From contig JYFJ02000541.1 in the NCBI GenBank assembly GCA_000934665.2, forward strand, positions 1 through 64,000: DNA of 64,000 nucleotides, read 5' to 3'. The notes beneath the pieces were generated by a model. The model was not told where the DNA came from, ran no database searches, and saw only the letters and a program-made list of their open reading frames with translations. The stretch comes from Catajapyx aquilonaris. Lineage: Eukaryota. Both the position numbers and the translations under genes were made by a program. Shown one piece after another: positions 12,231 through 25,862 of this stretch (position 1 is the first letter of the stretch; each line of letters opens with the position of its first letter).

Positions 12231-13118
12231 CCTGAACAGCACCCAACACTTACTCCCAACACACTAAATGGATGTCCAAAGGGAGAGGCGGCGCCCAAAC
12301 CAACCCTCGTCTTGCAAGTGTCCTCTGAGAACTAGTTTTTTTAGCACCTGAAATATTGCGGTAGTGCGGACATGCAATGGATTGCATAACTTGCTAGCAC
12401 TTTCCACCCTTGGCCAGGTTTCACCCGAGGTTTAAATGACCGGTAAAGCTTCCCACTTTTTTGTGAACAATGTTTTGAGGCCTTGAATGGGAAACATTTC
12501 GTCATAAGTCTCAAGACCTCCAAAAAATGTAATCGTGATTACAACATGGGGATGCAGGTGGGAAGAAACGAAAGCGAACAATTTTTTGTCAGCATATATT
12601 AAAGGTGGACTTGCTGCATTTGGGTCAGGTCATTTCGCGGAAGTTGCGCATTTTTGAAAGGATTTTTTTTTTGCAAAGATGGATTCTGCCTGAGCGGTAA
12701 TGGGCATTTTTGGTTTTAGTTGCATAATTTTGACAAATTGCTAGAGTATTTTACACTTTCGTTTTGGCCTGTTATTGCTTTTTTATTGCCTGTGAGTCGT
12801 AACTCTTGCAGCTGCTGTTTTGGTCAATGCTCTTTGCACAGGCTGATTTAATCAATTGCTATTGATGTTACAAGTAAATTATTGGAGGTGCTACAAGATG
12901 TTAAAATTAGGGCAGAGAAAGTGGTCTTGACCAGGACAAGGTCGAGGTCAGTTCGTGTTAAATTAATGGTAACCCTATGGGAAAATGTGTAGAGGTGGTC
13001 CAACTGGCTAAGAATGACACGTGCATTTTTGTAAAAAAAAAATGACGTATCATAAGTTAAATAAAATATGAGCATGTATATTGATAAATTAAATATTTAA
13101 TTGAGATGCTCGAATTGA

Positions 13119-15351
13119 TCAGTAGGCAGTCCGATGTGCTTCTTTAATCATATCGGACCCTTTTTCGCCAATCATGATCGTAGGCGCGTTCGTGTTCCCG
13201 CTGACAATCTTGGGCATGACTGAAGCATCCACAACCCTCAGCCCTTGAACCCCATTGACCCTGAGTTTATGGTCCACCACCGCCATCTTATCAGCCGCCG
13301 GACCCATCTTGCATGTTCCGACGTAGTGGAAAATGGTGGACGAGGCCTGGTGGACATGACACTCCCAATACTCGTCTGATGGATACTGCAGATGAGAGCA
13401 GGCCTTGAGAGGTCGAGGCAGCAGCTGAGAGTCAACCTTCTTCAGGTTCTCAGTGCCAGCCAGATCTAGAGACATCCTGATGGCCTCTACCAGCACTGAA
13501 ACATCATCAGGATGGGACAGGTAGTTCGGGTAGATAACTGGAGGAAGGCGGGGGTCGCTACTTCTTAACTCCAGATGACCCACACTCTTAGGATGAAGAA
13601 GGGTCGGGATTGACCCCCAGCTGTCTCTCTCAGCAAAGTCCTTGTAGGTTGACACCCATACCTCCTCTGAGATACCCAGACTCTCATGGGCCACCTTGGG
13701 GTCGGCCAGGACTGTCGCGTGGCATAAGTGAAGCTGCACGTCTGGCCACGATTGGTCTGAATAACTTCATACCAACATGAACGTCAGATTGTGCAATATG
13801 AAGGTGAAAAGGTAAACTTACCTGGAGTTAAGGAAGGCCAAGACCGAGACCGCTCCGGTTGTTGAAAAAATACCGCCTCTGTGTTGGAGCCATTGCAGAA
13901 AGTTATTAGTGGTCAGATCTCTCCTAGGAACCAGAGTCACGGGTTTGCTCGTGAGGAAAATCAGCCCTTGAACCATCAGGTGATCCTGCAAGTTTTGACC
14001 CACTCCTGGCGAGTCATGAATTATTGGAATGCCCATGCGGTTTAGATGCTCCTGAGGCCCGATACCAGACAGCATAAGTAACTGCGGGGAACGTATGGAG
14101 CCAGCCGACAAAATGACCTGTAAAATATGGCATCAATTAAGTGGTCAAGTACTGTATTATTACGTAAATACAGTAATAATAAAAATATTTTAGATACCTG
14201 TACCGTATGTTTATTAAAAATGATGACATACCTCCTTTTTGACTCGTACTGTTTCTACATATCTGTTCCTCTCAAACTCCACTCCGTACACTCTCTTTGT
14301 GTCCGGATCCAAGAGTACGCGTCTCACGTACGCTTTTTTTGCGACGTGCAGATTCCGCCTGGATCGAACCGAGCGCAAAAACGCCTTATTTGTGCTGCAT
14401 CGTTCCCCATTTCTGGTCGTACCCTGTAACCACAAAATAAAATGCACACCACTGCCTACTTTGCCAAATCACCGGTGAAAGCACCTGCACTTTCATAAAT
14501 CCGTATTGCTCTCGCCCGTTGATGTCCCTGACAGGATAACGCAACTCTTCCGCAGCCCGTATGAAACAGTCGGTTATTGGTATTTCAAATGGCGACTCTT
14601 GCACCGTGAGATATCCGCCAGTTCCGTGGTATCCTGATTTGACATATTCCGCATTCCGGTTGTCCTCCGACTTCTTGAAGTATGGCAACACGTTGTTGTA
14701 ACTCCAACCGTAATTGCCCAAAGATGCCCACGTGTCATAGTCATTTCTATTGCCCCTAACATACAGCATGTAGTTGATTGCACTTGAGCCACCTAGAGAC
14801 TGGAATAGTGTGTGCTGATTTACATATCTAGAATTTTTTATGTATGAATTACCTTTCCAGCAGTCCAGTGGCATGTACCGTTTGCTTGTATGAGACATGC
14901 TTTGCTGGGAGGCGGTTCTGTTCGGTATGACCAGTCCATAGGTGTGTTGACCAGTACCCAGGGAATTGCTGGTATTTCTGAGATGTCGTTTTGTTCGCCT
15001 CCAGCTTCCAGTAGAAGCACTGTCCACTCTGGGTTTTCGGACAGACGATTGGCCACTACTGAACCTGCTGACCCTCCTCCTAAAAATGATATAATCTGTG
15101 ACCTACCTTGTATTTTTGGCCTTTGCTTTTTTTTAAAACATCGTATAATTGAGTTATTTTGGAGTGTCTATGAAACCCAATTAGAGCCAGAGAATATAGG
15201 ATGGCCCATTACCCACGATAATGAAGTCATACTCGTTGAGAAGCACTTTTTTATCGAGCACGAAGCTCTCTTGTGGGTCGATGCTTTTCTTGATGGAGAG
15301 ATATGCAGAGAGGAACGCCACCAAGGCTACAGTGTAAGTTGCCACTGCCAT
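13119..15351 (-). CDS. GMC oxidoreductase (glucose dehydrogenase [FAD, quinone]-like), copy 2
   Basis: Same six-exon layout as copy 1. Hydrophobic N-terminus MAVATYTVALVAFLSAYLSI. Motifs: [85 protein letters not shown]. Confidence 0.95.
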
Positions 15352-18300
15352 TTCGGGTGTTACTGGAAAACAATATTCAATATTGTAGAAAATGTGTATA
15401 GCTAATCCCTGCAGGTCAGATCATCGTTAACCTGTTAACCTAACCTGCAGAAATTGCTCGATGTCGTCATAATTTTATCATTGTTGTCATTAGGCCCACA
15501 CTTTAAAGTAAGTGAATATTAATGACCTACTCTAATCTTAGGGGTTGCAGCATTTCGCCATACTTAATGCAAACAACCTTTATTAATAACTTAGTTCCCT
15601 GCACTATTTTTGGCCTTCAGCTGACCTTTGTCTTAAGTGTTCTGTAACGCACAAAATATATAGCACATTGTGTACTCAATCCATACTTATGCATAGAAAC
15701 CCATTCCAGAGGCCCCAGGGACCCTAAATATAACATGACATATCAATTACGTATACCAGTTGTGTCATAAATATAACTTACATTAGTTAAAAAGTCACAT
15801 TACGGTTGGCGAATATAATATAACATTGAAAACCTCTGCTCCTTTCAGTGTTTTGAACGGATCATAATTTGCGAAAAAAGGTATTGCGTTGAGTGTGGTA
15901 CTTAAATATTTCATTTGAAGCAACAGTTGGCATACTGCCTCGTATTGATTTACTACGTCCATACTCCACTGTTATGGAGTTCTTGAAGTAAATAAGTGGT
16001 TCCACACTGTCTGTTAGACAGATTATTGGCGCCCTTTTGGGAATTACACAGTACGGTGTAAGCCATAAGGCGTGTAACTGCTCTTTTCATATATCACTTG
16101 GTGATATGCTGAGGTGTAAATCCTACAAGTTACGTACACTACAGGTATATCAGCCAGTACGGACTAAAATATGATCACAATTAAATTAACATATAAAAAA
16201 TTACCTTATCCTATCTTCATTGTGCACAGTAAACCACTCTGGATAATCCAAGCCCACCTAACAGACTGACCCAGGGGCCTTTTGTAACCTCAGATAAGGT
16301 GGTGTGTCGCAGTACTGACGACGGGGAGAGGTAATAAATAGTTGGGGATCCTCATAAACAACAACAAGGCGAAGTCGGTGTGTCCAAGAGTCTCCCGACA
16401 TCAATTGGTAAGGGAGAGTTAAGGAAAAGTGCCACAAAAAATATGACTTAGGGTCAAGGCAGCAAGCGGATTAAAATAATTTGGACAGCTACAATAATAT
16501 TATGCAATCATGATTTTGCTTAATGCTCGTGGGATGTTACAATAACATGGCTGCAAACATGGGATGTGTGATAAGACACGTCTGGCAGATGATGTTGTGG
16601 AGGTAATTAGAAGGATGTGAAACTTATTGTGTTCCTCATAACGCAGAGTAAGCAACTCCATGTTAGTGACTTGAAGGCCCGGGCCCTTATCTCGGACATG
16701 GTAATAACATAGGGAAGGCATGTGTAGTACAGTAACTGTTGATGTACTTTACATACTGTACATAGAGCATGCAATGTGAATTGCTTGATATATTGGGGAC
16801 ACCACCAGGCATGTAATGTGACAGAGCCATGAGAAGAGTGTACACCTTAAACGAAACTTGGTTTCATGATATGTGCGTGACTTACAGTATAAGCCGTAGT
16901 TTGTGACCTCAGAGTGAATTTTTGAAGTGGGAAACAAAGAAGGGTAATGGATAATTCACAATCGTAAATCAGGGGTAACAAAGGTATGACTGCTCATTCG
17001 CAGCATGCAGAATACGTTAATAGCATTGTATTTCATTGCATTCCTTACATTCCTTTTCTTTATACCAAGTGCGTGCAAATGTGCCGAGGACTTTATTGCT
17101 TCACATGGGAATTAATTTATTACACAGTACACTCTTAGAAGGTGCTTAAATTAAAAGAGTTCAATTATTGTTAACATGCTAATAGCGTAAGGTCTGGTGA
17201 ACTTTTTCTTACGCTGATCAGTACAGTGCGTCATTGTATCGAAATGATTAATTTGGTTGATATCCTTCGCTGGAAATGTGATATGTTTCCGCTGGCGAAA
17301 TACCAACATAGCCTACTATGTTTAGGACTGTCGAACAATCGATGAACGTAATAATAGGGCTGAAAACATGAGTAGGTGTCAGAGGTTGATAAGAACGGTG
17401 TAACTTTACAGGGGAATAAAATGCCTGTAGTACAGTATCATCAAGAGCGATCTTTCTTCTAAAAAGTGATTGAAAATCTGCTATAAGATTGCATCGACAT
17501 CTCAATTTTTGTGGAATGAGGCCCTTTTTCCTAACTCACTAACTAGCTAACTAACTAATTACTCCTGTTTCATTAATTATTCAGGAGCTATTGCCACGTG
17601 TTATGATTTTCAGTCCCTCTTTATTCGTGGATTCCAATCATGTTCAAATCTGGTTACATAAACCCAGCCTTGGAACACCAAGCAGGAGTCGTAATAATGA
17701 GTAATGAAACTGATTGGATTGGGTTTTAAGGATCATTTTTTACGAGTCCCTACACGTCGTTTTTAATTTGCTTGTCTTGCAGCAATGATATGAGCTTACG
17801 GAGTCCGTAATGGAAAGACTGACTCCCTTGTGCATACTAATGATCACTTTAATTTGTATGAGTGCAAGGTTGGACTGGAGTTCTGGAAATAATTCATACT
17901 GATGAGTTTCCAGTACACCCAGTAGACATGTTACACTGCATTTTTTAATTATTATTATTTTCAAAAAAATAATCATGAGCCAGTAAATCGTGCTTCTGAG
18001 TTTTCCCGCGTTTCTCGCTATATGCAGTTACCGCATGAGGATCGATACCAAGCAGTCCAAGTATCACCGTGTAAAACCTAGTGGCGCCAGTGGCTCCACC
18101 TTATTCCTCCAGCGGATTACTCGCGTATAGATCCAGCGGCAACACCTAGTGTGTTTGTTACCACTGGGTCACGGGGTCAGCTGTGGTCACCACCGCAGTA
18201 CGCAGGACCAGACCTGGTATTGACTTGAAGGACCAGGTACCCAATCGAAGGGCTGTTACACACACGTGTCGACGACTGTTGCTGCTGGAGTACGTGGTAC

Positions 18301-18904
18301 AAGTAGTAGTGCTAGTGACCCAGTGACGGTGACATTGGGACATGGCCTTTGTCCTCTTTGTTCGTGGCAGCTGAAAATAGGGGGCTTCAACAGGTTGGTA
18401 GATGCATTTTTAATTGGGGGGGTTTCGTGAGATACTGCGGGTTTCGCTCATTAAGGAAGGTGTTTACTTAGTTAGAGGGATATACCCTGCAGGGGGTGCC
18501 ATAAATTGAAACTGGTCTACTTTTAGCGTAATGTTCCGGGTTGTGGACGTACGTATGTTTTATCGAGCGGGGATCAAAGTACATGAATATTTGAGGTTCC
18601 CATGGTAATTGTTGGCAGTAAAAAGGCGTGGAAAACAATGTTACGGAGCTAGGAAATATTCATGAGTGTACCTACGTACCAATCAGGAGTGTGTGAGACA
18701 TTCATATGGCGAAGTAATTTCTGTCGTTATTTATGGCTGCACCGTCGCGATCATTTTTTAAATTCAAATAACTGTCGTGTGGATCACAAATGCCGGTAAC
18801 CTAGAGTTTTACAAAAAACGATTTCGTGCTTGGTCAAATGAGGACATTCGTGCAGCAGCGTATGTGTATTCGATCAGCCAAATGGAAGTTATTCGATACA
18901 AACT

Positions 18905-18905
<1 letters not shown>

Positions 18906-18980
<75 letters not shown>
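18906..18980. repeat. (TAT)n microsatellite, about 25 units
   Basis: Uninterrupted TAT run read directly from the sequence. Confidence 0.98.
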
Positions 18981-19412
18981 GCAGGTTCCAAAAACTGCAT
19001 GAACCTTGGCCGGTATCGAACAATCTTCAAACTGTCAGTGTGACACCCATACCAGTACGACACAATATGGTACCCCCAGGATCCTTTCAGCACCTTAATT
19101 AATTCCTGCAGAAGACTATACATTTGTAGCAGAATGACGTCAGCTCACGATATACTAGGTCGGAGGTTTCGATTAAAGCCAAAGACATTGTCAACGAATC
19201 TCATCAGTCGAATGGAATCCGACTTGAACAATATTTGCACCTGATGTAACGTTTGTACTCGACTCTTTGTCCGGTGCTAAAAGTAAACAAAATAAAATTG
19301 CTACTTGTTGGGGGCTACATGCAAATATTTTTTACAACCAGACAATTCACCACACATTTTCAAACCAGCTAAAAACATATTTTTTTTGTAACTGATTCCA
19401 GGTGTGATCAGC

Positions 19413-22400
19413 ATGAGCCGTGTATGGATCCAGCAGCTGGCGGTGATCTCGTTCATTTTGGGAGCCATGGTCCTTCCCTGGGCCATCCTCCTGGCTGGAT
19501 CTGCTTCGATCTACCTGGCCTACTATTTCTTCATAGTTGCCCAGGTAAACTGCATTTGGGTGGGGTCCTGTTTTTTGGGGGTGCAAAACGGGTTTTAGTA
19601 AATCGATTACAGACGGTGGGGGTTACAGAGTCGAAAATTGCAGGTTGATTGTCCTTGGCTATATGAGGAGGGTTCTTTCCGTTTGTGGAACTATTCATCG
19701 CTTGAATTATCGATCAGACCTTTTTCCCGTAGTGTAACAGGGTGTGCCGCCTACTACTTTCAGCCACTGATAGGGATCGATCCTAGTTTGTAGAGTCATT
19801 CAAGTCATCGAGTGCGAGGGGATAATCTGCTGAAGGAATATGTTGCACTATTGTATATTGAGGTGATTTTGTTGTATATTGTTTTTTAAACACCCTGTCT
19901 TGGATGCAGAAGCCGGATTGCATAAGTGGCCGTCAAATATGTGAATATAATTTTTGCCACAAAATTAGTCTAATTAATATAAATATACCGCTCATTACCT
20001 TCGTGTCTAACTATTGGTTTGTTGGTCGTAAATATTGTTCGGTATAACGGGGTGTTTTACTTTGAGCATCGCGTGCCGACTGTGATTTTTTCATTCCTCG
20101 GACCCGATGCATATATTCTGCATTGCGGGCCAAGGTTTGAGAATAGATGATAAGATGCAAAAAGGGAAGCCGGAATTTCATCGTGGCTTTTTCCGTCACC
20201 CAGGGGAGTCGTTTTCAGAATTCGGTACAATAGCTTGTGAAGCATAAATTTTGAGTGACATATGTACTTTGGGGATTGGGGATCAAAGTTTCTTTCTTCG
20301 TAAGTGAATAAAATGACAGCGACTAACAGTAGAATTCTCGGTCGCAAACTGAATCAATTGTAACACAATGATGTAATCGATTGCTATTATTGTCAGAGCA
20401 GTCAATAATATTCGTGTTAACATTAGAGTGCGCGTAGGACTAGGTCAAAATTATCATTCAGTGTTAATCAATGGTGGCTCACAGTGTAAATCTAGTTCAT
20501 TAGAAGAGGCTATTAGTAAATTATGGTTCCATTATTGTGTTTCTGAAAAACGACTGCATTGCAATGAATGTATGAAGAATATTTCCCCAGGGCATACATC
20601 CAATGAGAGTGTGAATGTAGGCTGCATTAAATGTTAATGACCCAGTCCCACACTTCCACCCCCAGGCGAAATATATACATGATTAATACACCTAACGTCA
20701 AATAAACGCACAAAGGCCACTCCAGGACTACTGTCGAATAGTCTAACCGGTACTCTAACTACTGCTCTTGTGGAAACGATCAAGCCTGGAAATCCAGGGA
20801 TAATCCAAACGAAGCAACTTCATCAATCATGATTGTTATCCATTTTAATCCACCGTAATTAATAAATCCGGAGCACCTAATTAATGAGTTGTTATCCCCT
20901 CGGATAATCCGCACTATACAAGAACAGAATGATTAATAATGATCCAAACTTATCGGGTGGGTTCTTGGTACCAGCAGCCCAGTAACTGATACAATTGCTA
21001 TTAATAAAAAATGAATTATTATTAAACATTTAAATCTCATTACAGCATCCTGAAGTTGCGGTTCGGCCTGGAGCTTTCGAGACCTTCCTGTCCAACCACG
21101 TGCCCAGCCTTCAGAATCGGTATTGGCCTGCAGTCTTCTGTCTGGAAGCCAGAGCTCAAATGGTTCTCTCCGTGGCCCTCCGAGCTGCCATACCTGCTCC
21201 ACCGTACAGGAGGTATGCTTCTTATTCACGTCCCATACAATCTGGGTTACACAAGCCTTTTCAGGGAGTTGTTCCAGTTGTCTGATGGTGGTGAAATAGC
21301 CCTGGATTGGCTGGACGCTCCTCCGTGTCTCCAGTCGCCTCCAGAAACACATGTTGCGCTGTTGATGCCAGGGATTACAGGCGACAGTCGAGGAGGTTAC
21401 ATGAGGTCCTTGGCCATCACCGCATGGAGCCAGGGATTCACTGTGGCCGTCTTCAACTTTAGGGGTCTTGGAGGTGTTCCCCTCAAGGTTGGTCTGAACC
21501 CACGACAATGCGGAACTATAAGAGACAATAACAATGTGTTTCTATTTGCAGACACCTAGGACGTTCTGCGCTACCAACAGCGACGACCTGTCCGAGGTGG
21601 TGGATTACATCCTGAAGAAGTTTCCGAAGAGTCGTGTGTTCGCACTGGGCGTCTCAATGGGAGCGTGAGTGACGGCAGCGCTTCAATTATTGCAATTTTG
21701 TCAAATTTCTGACTAATGAATTGTCATTTTTTAAAGGATGATTCTAGGACATTATCTGGTGTCCTTGCAAGAACGTGCTCGCGAGAAGGTAGAGGCCGTC
21801 ATGTTGATATCCGCTGCCTGGGACGTCCCTCGAGGAATTGTCAACATGGAAGCCAGTTTCTTGAACCGAAAGGTGCTGAACCATCTAGGAGAAAACATGA
21901 GGAAAATCATCACGAGGTAAAGGCCAGGTCATTAATTTTGTAAATGACTAGCAAGATTTTGACACATCATATTTGCAGGGATCGGGCCACTCTGGAGGGG
22001 CAGGGGCCTTGGGACGTTGACGTCTTGATGAAGGTGAGACACCGTCTCCACCATGACATAGAGTTGGTTCTAATAATTGTTTCGTTTCAGTGCCGATCCA
22101 TCTTAGAGGTAGACTCAATGCTCACAGCACCTCTCTTCGGCTACACCAATGCCGACGAGTACTACCATGCCACTTCCTTGGGAGACAATCTTCTTAAAGT
22201 CCGCGTACCTGTTCTGGGAGTCAGCGCGGCGGACGATCCCCTGCAGCCTTACGAAGGTACAGTTTAGACTAACATTTAGAAGTCTGTCGAAATCATTATG
22301 AGACTTTTTGTCCTCAGCGATTCCTCTCGAGATTGCTCGAACCTCTTCTCACGTGGCCATCGCGGTGACCAGTCGAGGAGGACACGTGGCCTTCCTGGAA

Positions 22401-22544
22401 GGATGGTGGCCAAGGAGTATGAACTACATGGAGAGAGTGTTCGGCGAGTACTTGTCAGCCATGGTGCAGTATGGGGACGAATTACGTCAGTTGCATGAAG
22501 AATCTGTAACCTGTGACGCTGAGTCTATGCCCAACCATTCCTAA
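19413..22544 (+). CDS. Alpha/beta hydrolase of the ABHD1/2/3 family (phospholipase ABHD3-like), copy 1
   Basis: Eight coding exons (19413-19544, 21046-21211, ~21265-21487, 21552-21664, ~21737-21916, ~21979-22033, 22091-22256, ~22318-22544). N-terminal TM anchor, RELFQLSDGGEIALDW, MPGITGDS, FNFRGLGG, nucleophile GVSMG, acid ADDP, His in RGGHVAFLEG. Confidence 0.92.
19738..19898. mobile_element. Short possible MITE with CAGGGTGT termini in ABHD copy 1 intron 1
   Basis: ACAGGGTGT ... ACACCCTGT inverted ends of only 9 bp; no clean TA duplication. Confidence 0.35.
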
Positions 22545-25500
22545 CGCAATGAATATTGGTGTCTGTTGGATGGGATCACTGCCAGCTTGGCCTCCAGTGT
22601 TCAGCAAACCTGAGAGAAAATGAGGGATCATATTATGAAAGTTTCTGTTTTGATGCAGTATTATAATGATGTTGGGCATTGTTGTTGAGACTTGAAAAGA
22701 AGAAGAAAGACTGGCCGATTGATTCGGTTCAAACAATACTAACATTCCGTCCTGGTTACGAGCGAAACGACTTAGTAGTGGCACGTTATTTATGTAGAAG
22801 AAGAAAAATAGCATAATCTCTGACTATTCTAAACTTGTGCCAAACCTTTTACTATATAGGCAGTGATGTAAATTATAAAGCATTCAAACTGGCACCATTA
22901 CACGCATCATACTATGAACAGGCTTTGGATCTTTGGAATCTCCATTAAAATACGTCACACAAAATATTCGTCTATTCTCGAAGGCTGAACCTTATGTACA
23001 TTACATTATTGGATGTATCACTGTCAAATGACAAATTGTTTGGTTGCATATCAGGACTGTCGATTCAGTGGTACCCCGTACGTTACAGGGCAGTTCAGTG
23101 ACTCAACAAATATTGTTGTTATTGTTGTGATGTTTGTTGGGGGTCATTACACTAGACATCTCACCGTCGATCTCGCACACTTAACATACAAATTTTTTGT
23201 GTGGCTTACCCAATCTTTATCCTAAACACATGTGGTAGGGTAATGGCTCGAGATTGCTCATACTGTGATATTATGCGTGGGAGGTGTTGTGGACCACATG
23301 GAGAGATACATAATATAACTATGTGAGCTCATTATCGGTCAGGTAGTGTGACTTTATGTGGTTGTGGACATTGTTCAAAACATTTAGCTTCAATTCTGAT
23401 GCATTGTGCACTGCAGGTACAGTAAGCAAATATGGCACTCACACTCAGTATTATTTGTATAGATCATCATTAATGGATAAGCGAATCAGATCATATACAT
23501 ATACCGTACTACAGCAATATTGGTAAATCCATGCATCATCAGTTCATCACTGTAAAACACAACGCGTACATTATCACACATAAAATGAACAAGGCAGTAC
23601 ATTAGTGTAAACCATTCCGCATTTATGTAACACGGCATATTCCTAAAGCGACAAAGATTATCCATCATTGTACACGAAACAAGCACTCGAATTATATGCC
23701 ATTCCGATATGTAGATAGCAATATCATATGCAGCTATTATGACACGGGTGACGTATAGAGTAAGCACATACGTCTGGAAGGTCTGAAGGTCTTCACACGA
23801 AGTACAAAATTCATACATTGTCAGTTAAAGGTAGCCATCCAAGTCATGACCGATAATGGCCTCAGTCGCGTTTGTAGTTTACCAAGCCTAATGACTGTAT
23901 CCACGTAACTTCTACCAAGCATAATGCACGACCATAAAGTTGTATAACTTGATATGAGGACAAGTGTGAAGTAACGAGCGATGTGAGGTGTCCTGTAATA
24001 TAACAACCCTGGTGAATGACGAAGAATGGCATTTAAGGTTACTTCAATTGACTCGAACGCTTAATATTGTCGCAATACATGCCGAGTGAACATTAGGGCC
24101 CAAGGAGGCCATTCCGACATGAGTGGCTTTCATACTGAAAAATTATTTCACATACACAAAATATAACTGGGTCAACAGAACAATCTTCTGTTAAGTCTAT
24201 TTTTTAGAAAATTTTGAAATTAATGAGCGAGGTCATTGCGACGTACGGAACACAATAACAGATTATACAGTATTATCTAGCTTACAAAACATTGAATCAG
24301 TGGACCATCGAGATCATCGCATCGCCTTGTTTAATAACGCTTTCCTGACACAAAAAATGCTAGCCAACCAGATTCCACCTTTTATTTACATGGGGCGATA
24401 GTGCTAGAAGCCTGTTGCCGTATGTTACCATTTGTGAAGTTGGCCCTGCTGTAATTAGCAAGGGTAAGTAATCAGCAAAGTCTATAGGGGATATAGGAAT
24501 TAGGTACCAATGTCTCGCGGAACTATTTTTCAGCTCTTAAAGTAATGGCAGATGTTGAGTAATAATGGTTGTACTACTGTACAACAGGAGTGCGTTGCGG
24601 TCAGGTATCTATGTTCAAGTGGTAGGCTTATTAATAAGGCAAAATCTATTAAACCAAATCTAGCATAAAATTGTTCGGCAGAGTAATTTTCTTCGTGTGT
24701 AATACGCATGTTGCAAAATTAATTTTGTAAGCGACGATAATTTTCATATTATATTGTGACGTTGAAGTTATTGTAGTTCTACGAACGCCAGAGATGGTTT
24801 CGAGTGATTAATTACGCAACCTTGGCATTGACAATGGTGTCGCAACAATCAGTCAATAACTTTTTGTATGAATACATTACTGGGAATTTTATAATGGTTT
24901 CGTGGGAACCAGATTGCACATGACAATATTCTTCGCGATTTTCTGGCTTGCAGAATGTGATTTTTTAAAGCGATAGAAAGTGCACTGTATAGAATCTGAT
25001 GAGAATAAAACTATACGTCACGCCAAGTCGCAGTTTTTTTTTTTTTTTGTGGGAGTTACCAACTAGCGAGAACCTAATAACCATAAGCCGCGTACATCCT
25101 CCAAATCAAATTAAGTCCACCGGGAACAACCTGCCTCATTTCCAGATTCGCATGCGACAGGAGTATAATCTCATAACCATCAGAATTAGCATTACATCAC
25201 TTGGAAGAGCTCGCTACTGGGGTGACATTTGCATTTGCAGTGGAGCGTCAGTATGTGCATTATTAGCATTAATATGCCCTTGCCTCACATATGTCCCATG
25301 TTCGACATTATTACCACATGACTACTCACGGTGCATTGAGCAAAAGAAATGCTCAAAGCTCATTGCCAGGGCTATTCAAGCCTGCTCAGGGATTCATGTA
25401 GGACGACCGTCAATTGACGTAATGAAAGAGTCGAGAGTGAACATGTCTGGGCGAACTATTACGCTCCTTCACATGGCGTCCGAAACATTCTTCCTCATCC

Positions 25501-25619
25501 GGACCTGCTGATTTCAGCAACGTCGAAGGTCATCCTGCAAATTAAGACGATTGGTAGACAAGGACAATTGTTTCTTGGAAATTCCTCCAGTCAATACCAA
25601 CCCAGCAGGACAATTACGG

Positions 25620-25734
25620 TGACGTCACTCCAAACCTCAGTGCGAATTGTCACGTGACGTCCCTTACCAATGAAGCCACTCATGAGGCCCAATTGGCAAC
25701 TGACCTTGCAGGCAGCAGTCGTGTGACACGTGAC
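25620..25734 (+). promoter_or_regulatory. CRE and E-box (CLEAR-like) motif cluster upstream of ABHD copy 2
   Basis: TGACGTCA (25620-25627), palindromic GTCACGTGAC (25649-25658) and CACGTG (25727-25732), all within 250 bp of the ATG at 25863. Confidence 0.4.
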
Positions 25735-25862
25735 AACTCGGGCCATCCGGAGACGTCGAGGCGCCTGCAGTGTGGAGGAACAGTCTTCGGGGGCCACAAG
25801 TCAGTCGGGTAATTACAAAGTGAAACGGGGGGCTGATGGAGCGATTGACGTGAGATTAGGCC

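Noticed and set aside
18777..19043. 88-aa ORF with a poly-tyrosine tract
   Set aside because: It is only the translation of the (TAT)n microsatellite.
24999..25511. 170-aa ORF upstream of ABHD copy 2
   Set aside because: Crosses a poly-T run, has atypical composition and no family motif.
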